Origin: Nitrospirota bacterium
Lineage (GTDB): Bacteria; Nitrospirota; UBA9217
DNA: 40,338 nt
Assembly: GCA_963741205.1 (NCBI GenBank)
Contig: CAVUHW010000048.1
Location: 1-40,338, forward strand
Reading direction: 5' to 3'
The notes under the pieces: model-generated
What the model was told of the DNA's origin: nothing
The model's database searches: none
The model's input: the letters and a program-made list of their open reading frames with translations, nothing else
Program-made: the position numbers and the translations under genes
In this document: positions 1 to 10,590 of the stretch, piece by piece
Position numbering within the stretch: position 1 is the stretch's first letter
How the letters are laid out: each line of letters starts with the position of its first letter

Positions 1-883
1 AAATCGGTTTTATAGGCCTTGTATTTATGGGAAAACCCATGAGCAGAAATTTGCTGAAAGCCGGCTATCAGCTTGTCGTTTTCAATAGAAGCAAGGGTGC
101 GGTGAATGAACTTGTCGCTGCCGGGGCAAGCGCTGCGGCGAATCCCCGAGAAGCGGCAAAGCAGGCGGAGATCGTCATCACGATGCTGCCCAATTCCCCC
201 CATGTCAGGGACGTTGTTTTGGGAGAAGCCGGCATTATCGAAGGCGCAGGGAAAGGTTCTGTTGTCATAGATATGAGCTCTATTGCTCCGCTGGTGAGCC
301 GTGAAATAGCTGCCAGGCTGGCTGAAAAAGACATAGAAATGCTTGATGCGCCCGTTACCGGCGGAGAGCCCAAGGCCATCGAGGGCACTCTATCCGTAAT
401 GGTGGGCGGAAAAAAGAGATTTTTGACAAGTGCTACCCTATCATGAAAGCCATGGCAAGTTCCGTTGTGCTTGTCGGAAGCGCGGGAGCCGGCAATATCG
501 CAAAACTGGCGAACCAGGTCATCGTTGCACTCAATATAGCCGCAATGTCCGAGGCCCTCGTGCTGGCTGCTAAAGCCGGTGTGGACCCGGACCTTGTCTA
601 TCAGGCCATCCGCGGCGGACTCGCCGGCAGCGCTGTGCTGGATGCGAAAGCCCCGCGCATCATGGACCGTAAATTCAATCCGGGGTTTCGGATCGACCTG
701 CACATTAAAGATCTTAATAACGTCCTGGAGACCTCGCACTCAATCGGAGTGCCATTGCAGCTTACCGCTTCCGTAATGGAAATTATGCAGGCCCTTAAAG
801 TCGACGGCCTGGGTGATGCGGACCATGGAAGCCTGGTCCGCTATTATGAAAAATTGGCCGACATTGAGGTAAAACGGAAATAA
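1..883 (+). CDS. garR: 2-hydroxy-3-oxopropionate (tartronate semialdehyde) reductase; 5' end outside the window; one frameshift at ~410-416
   Basis: IGFIGL..MG Rossmann start, MLDAPVTGG, GAGNIAKLANQ and FNPGFRIDLHIKDL motifs. ORFs 27..446 and 443..883 join if one A is added to the poly-A run at ~410. Confidence 0.85.
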
Positions 884-933
884 TCAGGCTGTTGCAGCGT
901 TGCTCGACAGAGAATGCTTTCAGCTCACATCAA

Positions 934-1024
934 CTCCCCTTGACGGGGGAGGTTAGGTGGGCGTGACGGTGATGCACGTGGAAACATCAGCTCTCCCCTT
1001 GATCCCCTCCTTTCAAGGAAGGGG
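934..1024. repeat. Pair of GC-rich REP-like hairpins in an intergenic region
   Basis: ctccccttgacgggggag (934-951) and cccctcctttcaaggaagggg (1004-1024). Confidence 0.5.
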
Positions 1025-1085
1025 TAAAAATTCTTGCTGCCCGAGACATTGGTAGGGAAATAAAAAATCTGACAGGAGGAAAAAC

Positions 1086-2366
1086 ATGATGGAAACGAAA
1101 AGTTTTATCAAAGTTTTATCTGTTGCCTTATTATCGTTGTTGCTGGTCCTAATGCCTTTCGTGTCCGCGCAAGCACAGCAGAAGGTCATCAAAATCGGCG
1201 CAGTCTATCCCTTGACCGGCAATATCGCCTCGACTGGCCTGGATTGCAAGAGGGGCGTGGATCTGGCGGTGGATATTATTAACGGGAAATACGATCTTGA
1301 TCTCCCCCTGGCGAAGAGCGAGGGGCTCCCGAACCTGGGCGACGCAAAAATCGAGATCGTATATGCCGATACCAAGGGGGACCCGAAAAACGGCATGTCC
1401 GAGGCTGAAAGACTGATAACCTCGGAAAAGGTGGTTGCCATGATCGGGGCTTATCAGAGCGCTGTGACGAAAACCGCCAGTCAGATGACAGAAAGGCTGA
1501 CGATTCCCTATGTATGCTCGGATTCATCTTCTCCCACGCTGACGGACAGGGGATTCAAGTATTTTTTCAGGGTCAGTCCCCACGACGATATTTTTGCCCG
1601 GAACCAGTTCCAGTTCCTGAAGGACCTGGAAAAGAAGACCGGACAAAAAGTTCAGAACGTCGCTGTGCTTTACGAAAATACGGAATTTGGCTCTAATGCA
1701 GGTAGGGCCTACAAGAAATATGCCGCTGAATTCGGTTACAACGTGGTTGCTGATATAACATATGCGGCCAATGCAACAGACGTGACCAGCGAGGTGGGCA
1801 AGCTCATCGTGAGCAAGCCGGACGTACTGATGCACGCCTCGTATATCACCGATGCCATTCTCTTTACCAAGACGTTCAAAGATATGGGCTTTCAGCCGAA
1901 AGGCATTATGACTATGGCGGGTTATATTGAGCCGGGCTACTTGGCGGCGATAAAAGCCGACGGCAACTACATAATTGTCCGGTCAACGTTTGCACTCGAT
2001 TTGGCCAAGAATAAACCACTCATTGGGAAGGTCAACGAGCTTTTTAAGAAAAAGTATGGCATAGACATGAGTGAAAACGCAGCCAGGAGCTTTATGGCCC
2101 CCTTTGTGCTTGCCGAGGCTATCAACAGGGCGAAGTCCACAAATCCGGATGATATTGTAAAAGCTCTTCATGAAACTAACATACCCGGAAACCAGACTAT
2201 ATACCCATGGGAGGGGATCAAGTTCGACCCGCAAACAAACCAGAACATCTACGCCAGGGGCACACTTGTTCAGATACTCAATCAGGAATATGTAACTATC
2301 TGGCCTTTTGAATCGGCCTCGAAGCAGGTAGTCTGGCCGTTCCCGTCATGGAAAGACAGAAAGTAG
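1086..2366 (+). CDS. ABC transporter substrate-binding protein, LivJ/HAAT family
   Basis: Signal peptide ending AQA, KIGAVYPLTG and YFFRVSPHD motifs; AGGAGG RBS upstream. Confidence 0.9.
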   Translation: MMETKSFIKVLSVALLSLLLVLMPFVSAQAQQKVIKIGAVYPLTGNIASTGLDCKRGVDLAVDIINGKYDLDLPLAKSEGLPNLGDAKIEIVYADTKGDPKNGMSEAERLITSEKVVAMIGAYQSAVTKTASQMTERLTIPYVCSDSSSPTLTDRGFKYFFRVSPHDDIFARNQFQFLKDLEKKTGQKVQNVAVLYENTEFGSNAGRAYKKYAAEFGYNVVADITYAANATDVTSEVGKLIVSKPDVLMHASYITDAILFTKTFKDMGFQPKGIMTMAGYIEPGYLAAIKADGNYIIVRSTFALDLAKNKPLIGKVNELFKKKYGIDMSENAARSFMAPFVLAEAINRAKSTNPDDIVKALHETNIPGNQTIYPWEGIKFDPQTNQNIYARGTLVQILNQEYVTIWPFESASKQVVWPFPSWKDRK

Positions 2367-2381
2367 AGAGGGGATCGATCG

Positions 2382-3242
2382 ATGCCTGATCAGGTGCTTC
2401 AGCAGTTTGCGGACGGCTTACTAATCGGCCTGATGTATTCATTGGTCGCCATCGGGTTGACGCTAATCTGGGGAGTCATGAACATCGTGAATTTCGCTCA
2501 CGGTGATTTCCTGATGCTCGGGATGTTCACGTCCTTCTGGCTCTTTACCCTGTACGGCATCGATCCCATTTTTTCCATTCCCATAAGTTTCATCTGTATG
2601 TTTGTCCTTGGCACGCTGATCTACCGCTTTATTGTGAGCAAGGTGATGAAGGGCCCCATGCTGGCCCAGCTAGTCGTGACCTTCGGAGTGAGCATCTTTA
2701 TCTCCAACCTTGCCGTTTATTTCTGGACCCCGGATTTCCGGCTTTTGCCGGCAACGATGCTCCAGGGTACATGGCAGATCGGCGGCGTCAACCTCAGTGT
2801 TCCCAAAGTCGCGGCTGCCATCGGGAGCGTAATCGCATCTGTCTGTGTATTTTTGTTCCTGAAAAGGACGAAAACCGGCAAGGCAATTTTGGCGACCGAG
2901 ATGGACCGCGAGGCGGCCCTGCTCATGGGGATCAATACCGACCGCATCAACTCGCTTTCTTTCGGAATCGGTTCGGCCCTCGTCGGCGTGGCTGGGGCCT
3001 TCTTATCCACGTATTACTACATCTATCCCCAGGTGGGGGGTCTGTTCGGGACCATTGCTTTTTGCGTCGTGGCCCTTGGCGGGTTCGGCAGCGTTGAGGG
3101 GGCGTTTATCGCCGGCATACTGGTAGGGTTGGCGCAGACCTTAGGCGGATTCTTCTTTGATCCGTCTTACAAGTATGCCATTGTCTTCTCGATATATCTC
3201 ATCACAATCTGGATAAGGCCGCAGGGTCTCCGGGGGTGGTAG
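2382..3242 (+). CDS. livH: HAAT-family ABC permease (LivH-like)
   Basis: GLTLIWGVMNIVNFAHG, ALGGFGS and RPQGL motifs. Confidence 0.88.
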   Translation: MPDQVLQQFADGLLIGLMYSLVAIGLTLIWGVMNIVNFAHGDFLMLGMFTSFWLFTLYGIDPIFSIPISFICMFVLGTLIYRFIVSKVMKGPMLAQLVVTFGVSIFISNLAVYFWTPDFRLLPATMLQGTWQIGGVNLSVPKVAAAIGSVIASVCVFLFLKRTKTGKAILATEMDREAALLMGINTDRINSLSFGIGSALVGVAGAFLSTYYYIYPQVGGLFGTIAFCVVALGGFGSVEGAFIAGILVGLAQTLGGFFFDPSYKYAIVFSIYLITIWIRPQGLRGW

Positions 3243-3245
3243 CGC

Positions 3246-4211
3246 ATGCGTAATTTCACGGTTCGGCAGATTATTGCGGGACTTGCTGTCCTCGTGCTGC
3301 TCATTTTCTGTCCCCTGGTTGTCCGCCAGTCCTTTTTTATTCATGTAATGATCCTTGTGTTCATGTTTGCCATGCTGGGAGTTGCGTGGAACATCATGGG
3401 CGGCTATGCCGGAATGTATTCTTTCGGGCAGGCGGCCTTTTTCGGCATCGGTGCTTATACTTCCTCCTATCTGTCTACCGTCTTTGGGGTCAACCCGTGG
3501 ATAGGACTCGTTGCAGGGGGGTGCGCCGCTGCTCTGGTGGCTGCAGCGATCGGGTATCCCTGTTCCAAACTGAGGGGCCACTATTTTGCGATCGCCAGTA
3601 TCGCCTTTGCTGAAATCGTCAGGATTGTGTTCAACAACTGGAAAGCGGTGGGCGCGGCGGAAGGCCTCACGTTGTCCATGCAGAACGAGTCCTTCGCTAA
3701 CTTCCTGTTCAACTCTTCAAAACTGCCGTATTACTATATCATGCTTGTCTTTCTTCTTATTTCACTGGCTGTTTCTTATTTCGTCGCCACTTCTAAAATG
3801 GGCTACTATTTCCGCGCGATCAAGGAGAGCCATCAGATCGCGGGATCCCTGGGTGTTGATGTCGTTTTGTACCGTCTCATAGCGATCATGACAAGCGCCT
3901 TCCTGAGCGCCATGGCAGGCACATTTTACGCGCAATATATTCTTTACATCGATCCCGGGAGCGTTATGCTTCTCGCTACGTCCATCCAGATCGTTCTCAT
4001 CGCGATGCTTGGAGGCGCGGGGAGCATAATGGGGCCCGTTATCGGCGCGGCAATACTGATACCTGCGTCAGAATACACGCGTGTCACTCTCGGGTACAAG
4101 GGAACAGGCATGGATATGGTGATATACGGGTTATTGATCACGCTCATTTCGATGTACTACCCCGAAGGAGTTTGGAAGCTTTTAGCTAGGATAGGCAGGA
4201 AAATGAAATGA
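3246..4211 (+). CDS. livM: HAAT-family ABC permease (LivM-like)
   Basis: WNIMGGYAGMYSFGQAAFFG, LRGHYFAIAS and GPVIGA motifs. Confidence 0.88.
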   Translation: MRNFTVRQIIAGLAVLVLLIFCPLVVRQSFFIHVMILVFMFAMLGVAWNIMGGYAGMYSFGQAAFFGIGAYTSSYLSTVFGVNPWIGLVAGGCAAALVAAAIGYPCSKLRGHYFAIASIAFAEIVRIVFNNWKAVGAAEGLTLSMQNESFANFLFNSSKLPYYYIMLVFLLISLAVSYFVATSKMGYYFRAIKESHQIAGSLGVDVVLYRLIAIMTSAFLSAMAGTFYAQYILYIDPGSVMLLATSIQIVLIAMLGGAGSIMGPVIGAAILIPASEYTRVTLGYKGTGMDMVIYGLLITLISMYYPEGVWKLLARIGRKMK

Positions 4212-4948
4212 ACAAGGCCATCTGTTTGAAAGTATCGGGGCTGTCGAAGCGGTTCGGCGGCCTGGCAGCAAACAACGATATCCACTTCTCTGTGGAGGAA
4301 GGGGAAATCGTCAGCATTATTGGTCCCAACGGGGCCGGAAAATCCACCCTGTTCAATTGCGTGACCGGGTTCTATAAACCGGACAGCGGCAATGTTTCCT
4401 TCTACGGCCGGGACATAACAGGCATGCGGCCCGACAAGGTCTGCAACCTCGGCATCGCGCGCACCTTCCAGATTGTGGAGGTGATCGGCGAAATGACGGT
4501 CCTCGAAAACGTTACGACGGGTGTGCTGCTGCGGTATCGCCGGATCAAGCCTGCCACGGAAAAGGCCCGCGAAATACTGGCGTTCACGGGCCTTTATGAG
4601 AAAAGGGATTTCCTCGGGACGGAGCTGACGATTGCGGATAAAAAGAGGCTGGAAGTCTCCATGGCGCTGGCTACGCAGCCGCGATTGCTCATGCTGGACG
4701 AATCCATGGCCGGACTCACGAAAGTCGAGCTGCGGGAGATCATTGATCTCATCAGGAAAATCAGGGACAAGGGAATGACCCTGATCGTCGTCGAGCATGT
4801 GATGGAGGCCGTCATGCAGATATCCGACCGTGTCGTTGTCCTGAACAGTGGTAAAAAAATCGTGGAAGGCACACCAAAGGAAGTATGCTCAAACCAGGAA
4901 GTCATCCAGGCATATCTGGGGGAAAAGTACTGTGCTAGCCTTAAATAA
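4208..4948 (+). CDS. livG: HAAT-family ABC ATPase (LivG-like)
   Basis: GPNGAGKST Walker A, GIARTFQ, LDE, VEH, and AYLG near the C-terminus. Confidence 0.9.
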   Translation: MNKAICLKVSGLSKRFGGLAANNDIHFSVEEGEIVSIIGPNGAGKSTLFNCVTGFYKPDSGNVSFYGRDITGMRPDKVCNLGIARTFQIVEVIGEMTVLENVTTGVLLRYRRIKPATEKAREILAFTGLYEKRDFLGTELTIADKKRLEVSMALATQPRLLMLDESMAGLTKVELREIIDLIRKIRDKGMTLIVVEHVMEAVMQISDRVVVLNSGKKIVEGTPKEVCSNQEVIQAYLGEKYCASLK

Positions 4949-5636
4949 TATTTCCGTTGGCTACAAGGGACTTATGGCTGTTCAGGACATTTCTTTCAGG
5001 ATCAACGAAGGAGAGATCGTCAGCCTTATCGGTTCCAACGGTGCCGGAAAATCTACGATCGTCAAAACCATTGCGGGTCTTATTCATCCCTGGAAAGGGG
5101 AAATTCTGTTCAAGAATGCCCCAATCCATCAGACCCCGCCTTTTAATATCGTAACAAAAGGCATCTCCATGATTCCCGAGGGCAGGAAGCTCTTTGGCCG
5201 CCTGTCCGTACTGGACAATCTCCTGTTAGGGGCCTATACCGTCCAATCCAGGGCTGACATAGAAAAGAATCTGCAAAGCGTCTTCAATCTGTTTCCTATA
5301 TTGAAAGAACGGCAGGAGCAGCGCTCCGATACATTCAGCGGTGGAGAGCAGCAGGAACTGGCTATTGCACGGGGACTTATGTCCAACCCGTCGCTGCTCA
5401 TACTGGATGAACCTTCGCTGGGACTGGGGCCGAAACTGGTCTCTGACATCTTCCGGATCGTCAAAGAGATCAATGCCCGGGGCGTCACCGTCTTGCTTGT
5501 TGAACAGAATGTCTATGAAGCACTTGATATTTGCTCACGCGCCTATGTTCTTCAAACAGGCCGCATCGTCATGGAGGGACAAGGGCAGGAATTGCTGAAG
5601 AGCGACCAAGTGAGAGAGGCATACCTCGGGATGTGA
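4932..5636 (+). CDS. livF: HAAT-family ABC ATPase (LivF-like); likely GTG start at 4932
   Basis: GSNGAGKST, FSGGEQQ signature, LDEPSLGL, VEQN, EAYLG. Confidence 0.9.
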   Translation: MLALNNISVGYKGLMAVQDISFRINEGEIVSLIGSNGAGKSTIVKTIAGLIHPWKGEILFKNAPIHQTPPFNIVTKGISMIPEGRKLFGRLSVLDNLLLGAYTVQSRADIEKNLQSVFNLFPILKERQEQRSDTFSGGEQQELAIARGLMSNPSLLILDEPSLGLGPKLVSDIFRIVKEINARGVTVLLVEQNVYEALDICSRAYVLQTGRIVMEGQGQELLKSDQVREAYLGM

Positions 5637-5651
5637 AAGGAGGACGAGAAG

Positions 5652-6937
5652 ATGAATATTACCATGAAATACGGCAAAACCGGACTGCCGCTTGATCTAC
5701 CCGGGGATATCGACGTGACGCTGATCCAGAAGAATGCCATGCCTGTCCTCAAAGACCCTGAGGGAGCCATCAAGGCTGCCTTTACGAATCCGGTGAACTC
5801 CAAAGCGCTCCGTGAAGAGGCGAAGGGCTGCCGCAGCTGCTGCATCCTCATCTGCGATATCACCCGGCCTGTACCGAACGGCCTTATTCTCACTCAACTG
5901 ATAAAAGAGCTGATCGAGGCCGGGATGGCCCCCGACTCGATCACGGTTCTCGTTGCAACAGGTCTTCACAGGCCGAACGAAGGGGATGAGCTCCGTGAAC
6001 TTGTCGGAAGCGACTGGGTCCTCGGCAAGGCGAAAGTCTCCAACCATTTTGCGCGGCGGGATGATGATCATGAATAATGGGAACGACATCCAGCGGCATC
6101 GAGATCAGACTCGACCGCCGCTTTGTCCAGGCCGATCTCCGTATTGTCGTCGGACTGGTGGAGCCCCATTTCATGGCCGGCTACTCCGGTGGAAGAAAAA
6201 TAATTGCCCCGGGTGTTGCGCATGAGAAGACGATACGCTCGTTCCATTGTGCGCGGGTACTGGAGGATTACCGGTCTGCGAACTGTATTCTCGAAGGCAA
6301 CCCGCTGCATGCCGCCCAGATGGAAGTCGTACAAATGGTGGGAAGGTGTCTGGCTGTCAATACGGTCAACGATGAGGACCGCCGGATATCTTTTGTCAAT
6401 TTTGGTGAAATCATAGACAGTCATCTTAAAGCGGTTTCGTTCATTCGGCCCTATGCGGAGGTCCGCCTGAAAACAAAATTCAAGACCATCTTAACCAGTT
6501 CTGCGGGTTATCCTCTGGATAAGACTTATTACCAGACAGTCAAGGGAATGGTGGGTCCCCTCGACATACTGGAGCCGGGTGGAAACCTCATCATCGTTTC
6601 TGCATGCTCGGAGGGAATGGGATCGCCCGACTATACTGAAGCGCAATTGTGTCTGATCGACAAAGGACCTGAAATGTTTCTCAAAGGAATCATTGAGAAA
6701 AAGTACGCGGCTATCGATGAGTGGCAGACGGAGATGCAGGTCAAGGCCATGAAAAGGGTCAATATCTTTCTCTACACCGAGGGCTTGACGAAAGACCAGC
6801 AGGCACTTACAGGAGTCACCGTGGTCAAATCGCCATTGGCCGCTGTCATGGAGAGCGTGAAAGCAAAGGGAGATCGCCGCATAGCCGTCATTCCCGAAGG
6901 CCCTTATGTTATTCCGCTGTTTGCGCCGGGGTCCTGA
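5652..6937 (+). CDS. larA: LarA-family nickel-pincer 2-hydroxyacid racemase/epimerase; split by one indel at ~6075
   Basis: DITRP, ATGLHR, EPHFMAGYSGGRK and YYQTVKG motifs; ORFs 5652..6077 and 6077..6937 are the consecutive halves. Confidence 0.85.
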
Positions 6938-6939
6938 AA

Positions 6940-8271
6940 ATGGTGCTCAAGACAATGGCAGGAAAAGACCCCAGGATGATCATTCGAGAGATATTCAATA
7001 AATCACTTCTGGCAGTAGACCCCTATAAAGCGGTGGTCTCATACTCCGATACAATTCGCCGGGCATACAAGAGCGGTAATTTCGGGAAACTTATTCTCGT
7101 AGGTTTCGGCAAAGCGGCCTCGCTCATGGCAAAGGCAATCGAAGACACTCTGGGAGACTTGCTCGCCGGCGGAATAATAGTAACAAAATATGGTCATTCT
7201 GTGCGGAAGGGACTAACTAGCAAAATTATAACCTATGAAGCCGGGCATCCGCTGCCTGATGAAAACGGACTAAAGGCGACCAAGGAAATTGTGAGGATGC
7301 TCAAAGAGGCGGACAAAAAGACCCTCGTCATTTGCCTTATATCCGGAGGAGGATCTGCTCTTCTTGTGGCGCCTTCCAACAACATCACTCTGGCTGATAA
7401 ACAGGAAGTCACCGGTATGCTTCTTAAAGCCGGGGCGGATATTAACGAGCTTAACACGGTTAGAAAGCACATTTCGGCGGTAAAGGGAGGCAGGCTGGCT
7501 GAAACAGCTCAATCGGCAACAATAATATCACTGATACTCTCCGACGTTATGGGAGACAGGCTGGATATGATTGCATCGGGCCCTACAGCGCCGGACAAAA
7601 CAACGTATTATGATGCGCATACTGTTTTCCAGAAATACGAGCTGGAAAGTAGATTGCCGTCAAGTGTAGCGGAAATAATAAGTAAAGGGAAACGCGGGCT
7701 TGTGCCGGAAACGCCGAAGGATGACGATTCGGTTTTTCAGAGGGTAAGTAATATCATTATTGGAAGCAACAAAATAGCAACGGATGCAGCCAGGAAGGCC
7801 GCGGAGTTGTTGGGATACAGAACAACGGTCATTTCTTCCGAACTGAGCGGTGAAGCCTCAAGCGTTGCCCGGCAACTTGCAAAAAAAGCAATTGATTCCA
7901 AAAAAGCATTAGCGCCTGGAGACAAGGTCTGTCTTATCGCCGGGGGAGAAACAACGGTTACGGTCAGAGGAAACGGCACAGGAGGCAGGAATACGGAACT
8001 AGCCCTCGTTTTCGGAATGGAAATAAATGGACTCCCGGGGATTACGTTTCTCTCAGCAGGCACCGACGGCACTGATGGACCGACCGACGCAGCAGGAGCG
8101 TTTGTGGACGGTCAATCTGTTGCAAAAGCGGCAGCGGCCGGTATCATGGCAGAGGATTACCTGAAGAACAACGATTCATATACTTTTTTTAGCAGGATTG
8201 GCGATTTATTTATTACCGGGCCGACCGGTACGAATGTAATGGATATACAGATAGTTCTGCTGGACAACTGA
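6940..8271 (+). CDS. Glycerate 2-kinase, MOFRL/TtuD family; likely start 6940 or 6955
   Basis: GFGKAA, AGHPLPD, LISGGGSAL, GGETTV, GGRNTE, GTDGTDGPT and TGPTGTNVMD motifs. Confidence 0.9.
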   Translation: MVLKTMAGKDPRMIIREIFNKSLLAVDPYKAVVSYSDTIRRAYKSGNFGKLILVGFGKAASLMAKAIEDTLGDLLAGGIIVTKYGHSVRKGLTSKIITYEAGHPLPDENGLKATKEIVRMLKEADKKTLVICLISGGGSALLVAPSNNITLADKQEVTGMLLKAGADINELNTVRKHISAVKGGRLAETAQSATIISLILSDVMGDRLDMIASGPTAPDKTTYYDAHTVFQKYELESRLPSSVAEIISKGKRGLVPETPKDDDSVFQRVSNIIIGSNKIATDAARKAAELLGYRTTVISSELSGEASSVARQLAKKAIDSKKALAPGDKVCLIAGGETTVTVRGNGTGGRNTELALVFGMEINGLPGITFLSAGTDGTDGPTDAAGAFVDGQSVAKAAAAGIMAEDYLKNNDSYTFFSRIGDLFITGPTGTNVMDIQIVLLDN

Positions 8272-8398
8272 CTTGAGTGTTCCCTTTCATGTAAGGAGAT
8301 GAACGTTAGAAGATTTCAATATTTATTTTACAATTGAGTATATGCCATTCTGGCTGGTTTGAAAAATGGTGGTTTGAATGCTTGATGGAGAGATACAC

Positions 8399-9358
8399 GT
8401 GAAGATAATTGTTTTGGATGGATATACGTTAAATCCAGGGGACCTTGCGTGGGATAAACTGGAGAGGTTGGGGAAAGTTACCGTGTATGACCGTACTCCG
8501 TCAGATAGGACAGTTGAACGCATTGGTGATGCTGAGATAATCTTTACGAACAAGACACCGTTGACAAATGAAGTTTTCAATCAGGTTCATCATGTAAAAT
8601 ATGTAGGCGTATTGGCAACCGGTTATAACGTAGTGGATGTGGATACGGCAAAGGATAAAGGAATTATAGTAACTAATGTTCCGACATATGGAACTGCCGC
8701 AGTTGCACAATTCGTCTTTGCGCTTCTGCTGGAAATGTGCCACCACATATGGGCACACAGTGAAGAAGTTAAGAAGGGCGCTTGGGCCAATTCTCCCGAT
8801 TTCTGTTTCTGGAATTATCCGCTGATAGAGCTGGCGGGTAAAACAATGGGGATTATCGGGTTCGGAAGAATCGGACAGGCAACAGCAAAGATAGCCCAGG
8901 CCATGGGTATGAAAGTGCTTGTTTATAGCAGGTCTAGGGATGAAAAACTCGAAAACGCCACCCTAAAATATGTTGAACTGGATGATCTCCTGGCCGAAGC
9001 GGATGTCATCAGTCTTCATTGTCCGCTTCTTGAAAGTACCAGGGGAATTATCAATAAAAGTAGCATAGCAAAAATGAAAGACGGTGTAAAAATTATTAAT
9101 ACCTCCAGAGGTTTGCTGGTCGTGGAAGATGACCTCGCGGAGGCGCTTAATTCCGGAAAAGTGAGCGGTGCGGCAGTGGACGTCTTATCTACAGAGCCGG
9201 CAAAGATGGACAATGTGCTTTTATCGGCAAAGAACTGCATTGTTACACCCCACATCGCCTGGGCGCCAAAAGAGTCCAGGGCGCGGTTGATGAATATTGC
9301 TGTCGACAACTTGGAAAAATATCTTGCCGGCAATCCTGTAAACGTTGTAAATAAGTAA
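8399..9358 (+). CDS. hprA: D-2-hydroxyacid dehydrogenase (glycerate dehydrogenase/hydroxypyruvate reductase-like); GTG start after GGAG
   Basis: KIIVLDGYTLNPGDL, ATGYNVVD, GFGRIG, INTSRG and TPHIAW motifs. Confidence 0.85.
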   Translation: MKIIVLDGYTLNPGDLAWDKLERLGKVTVYDRTPSDRTVERIGDAEIIFTNKTPLTNEVFNQVHHVKYVGVLATGYNVVDVDTAKDKGIIVTNVPTYGTAAVAQFVFALLLEMCHHIWAHSEEVKKGAWANSPDFCFWNYPLIELAGKTMGIIGFGRIGQATAKIAQAMGMKVLVYSRSRDEKLENATLKYVELDDLLAEADVISLHCPLLESTRGIINKSSIAKMKDGVKIINTSRGLLVVEDDLAEALNSGKVSGAAVDVLSTEPAKMDNVLLSAKNCIVTPHIAWAPKESRARLMNIAVDNLEKYLAGNPVNVVNK

Positions 9359-9440
9359 TGAAGCGCATGAATAAAATTATCCTTGCCTCTGGCTCTTTTA
9401 AAAGAACCATGAGCGCCATTAAGATATGCAGTATCATGGT
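9358..9440 (+). pseudogene. N-terminal fragment of a GlxK/GarK-family glycerate kinase
   Basis: MNKIILASGSFKRTMSAIKICSIM resembles the GlxK start (KIVIAPDSFKGSLSA); similarity ends at ~9440. Confidence 0.55.
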
Positions 9441-9441
9441 A

Positions 9442-9507
9442 AACACATTGAAGGGCTGCGTGTTAAACCGTGGCCGCTGTCCTGAGTTTCCTCGACCCGA
9501 TACCCTC
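9442..9507 (+). pseudogene. Inverted remnant of the vapC 3' end and its downstream flank
   Basis: aacacattgaagggctgcgtgttaaaccgtggccgctgtcctgagtttc nearly matches the reverse complement of ~14473-14538 and encodes HIEGLRVKPWPLS* (vapC ends HIEGLRVETWPLS*). Confidence 0.85.
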
Positions 9508-9885
9508 TATTCAATTCATAGTACATCAACTATATCTACTGCCATTTTTGCAGTCTCTGGTTCGATAAGTGAGAGGCGCAGACTACATATGAACGACGAG
9601 TTTACACGTCACGCAGCGGTTGGCGGGAATGATTTGCTTCAAGGCTGACTCTTGAGGTTCTCTGCCGACAGGTTTTGAGGAGTCACGCGAATGGCGCCAC
9701 CGCGCGGGCTGTCGGGGTCAGCTATCAAGAAGAAGGAAACGCACACGTCGACCGGCACGACCAGAAACGCGACCCAATCCGTCAGAAAGGACTCTGAGAT
9801 GAATTTCACAACTTCAGGATGCTAAACGTGCTGAATGTTACGATCGCAAACATGGTTCTCTCAAACCGAAAAGGGCCTGCCTTGC

Positions 9886-10590
9886 TCATTCTCTCTCTTT
9901 CAGGCAGTCTATGAAGCTAATAAGCAATAACCTGTCCTTATCCATCAGATCAGAGAATTCCACCCCTATTTCGTAATTTAAAAGCTCTTTATTCTGCTTC
10001 TTGCGACACGAAACAACTTTTCCCATAAAACTGACAGGATTACATGAGCTAACTGACAGCTCCATGAGAACCATGCTATCTATCTTCAACTGATGGTCAG
10101 TTATAATAATTACGCCGCTCTGGCTGATATCTTTTACTCCAAATTGCGTTGGCAGATTCAGAACTTTTTCATCAGGTGTTGTAATAGCAAACTGGATGTC
10201 GCGATAGTACCAGCCAGGTTGCACTGGCACTTGTGATTTCTTGTTATCATCAATTGAATCAAGAAAATGCTTAATCTTATCTGCTGATTCATCTTTAAAC
10301 GATATGCCTGCTGAGTAAATCGTGACCTCTCCCCTATCAGCTCTTTCTTCAATTCCACTTAATTCGGAACGAACCACTACACCATTTATCTTAATATGCT
10401 TGCCTTCGGATTCCAAAGTTATCAAATACTCTTTCCCTATATTAAGCTTCCTGTCCGCTTTTACTGCAACGCCGCCCACACTGATGTCAATTATTTCCAC
10501 TTCGCCAATCAAGCTCATCTTACTGCTTAGATCATATAGATCCAATTTTAATCTCTTGTGCCTCCTCATATTCCGCAGTCCGTATATCAT
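9886..10590 (-). CDS. Tandem PilZ-domain protein
   Basis: Domain 1 has RRHKR (RxxxR) and DISVGG; domain 2 has DISQSG and GVEF but no clear RxxxR. Confidence 0.8.
   Translation of the reverse strand: MIYGLRNMRRHKRLKLDLYDLSSKMSLIGEVEIIDISVGGVAVKADRKLNIGKEYLITLESEGKHIKINGVVVRSELSGIEERADRGEVTIYSAGISFKDESADKIKHFLDSIDDNKKSQVPVQPGWYYRDIQFAITTPDEKVLNLPTQFGVKDISQSGVIIITDHQLKIDSMVLMELSVSSCNPVSFMGKVVSCRKKQNKELLNYEIGVEFSDLMDKDRLLLISFIDCLKERE

Noticed and set aside
6721-6939. N-terminal extension of the glycerate kinase ORF (similarly 4848-4931 and 19154-19240)
   Set aside because: These overlap the upstream gene; family similarity starts at the downstream start codon.
9358-9648. 96-aa ORF as a real gene
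   Set aside because: It is a chimera of a kinase-like start and an out-of-frame vapC remnant.
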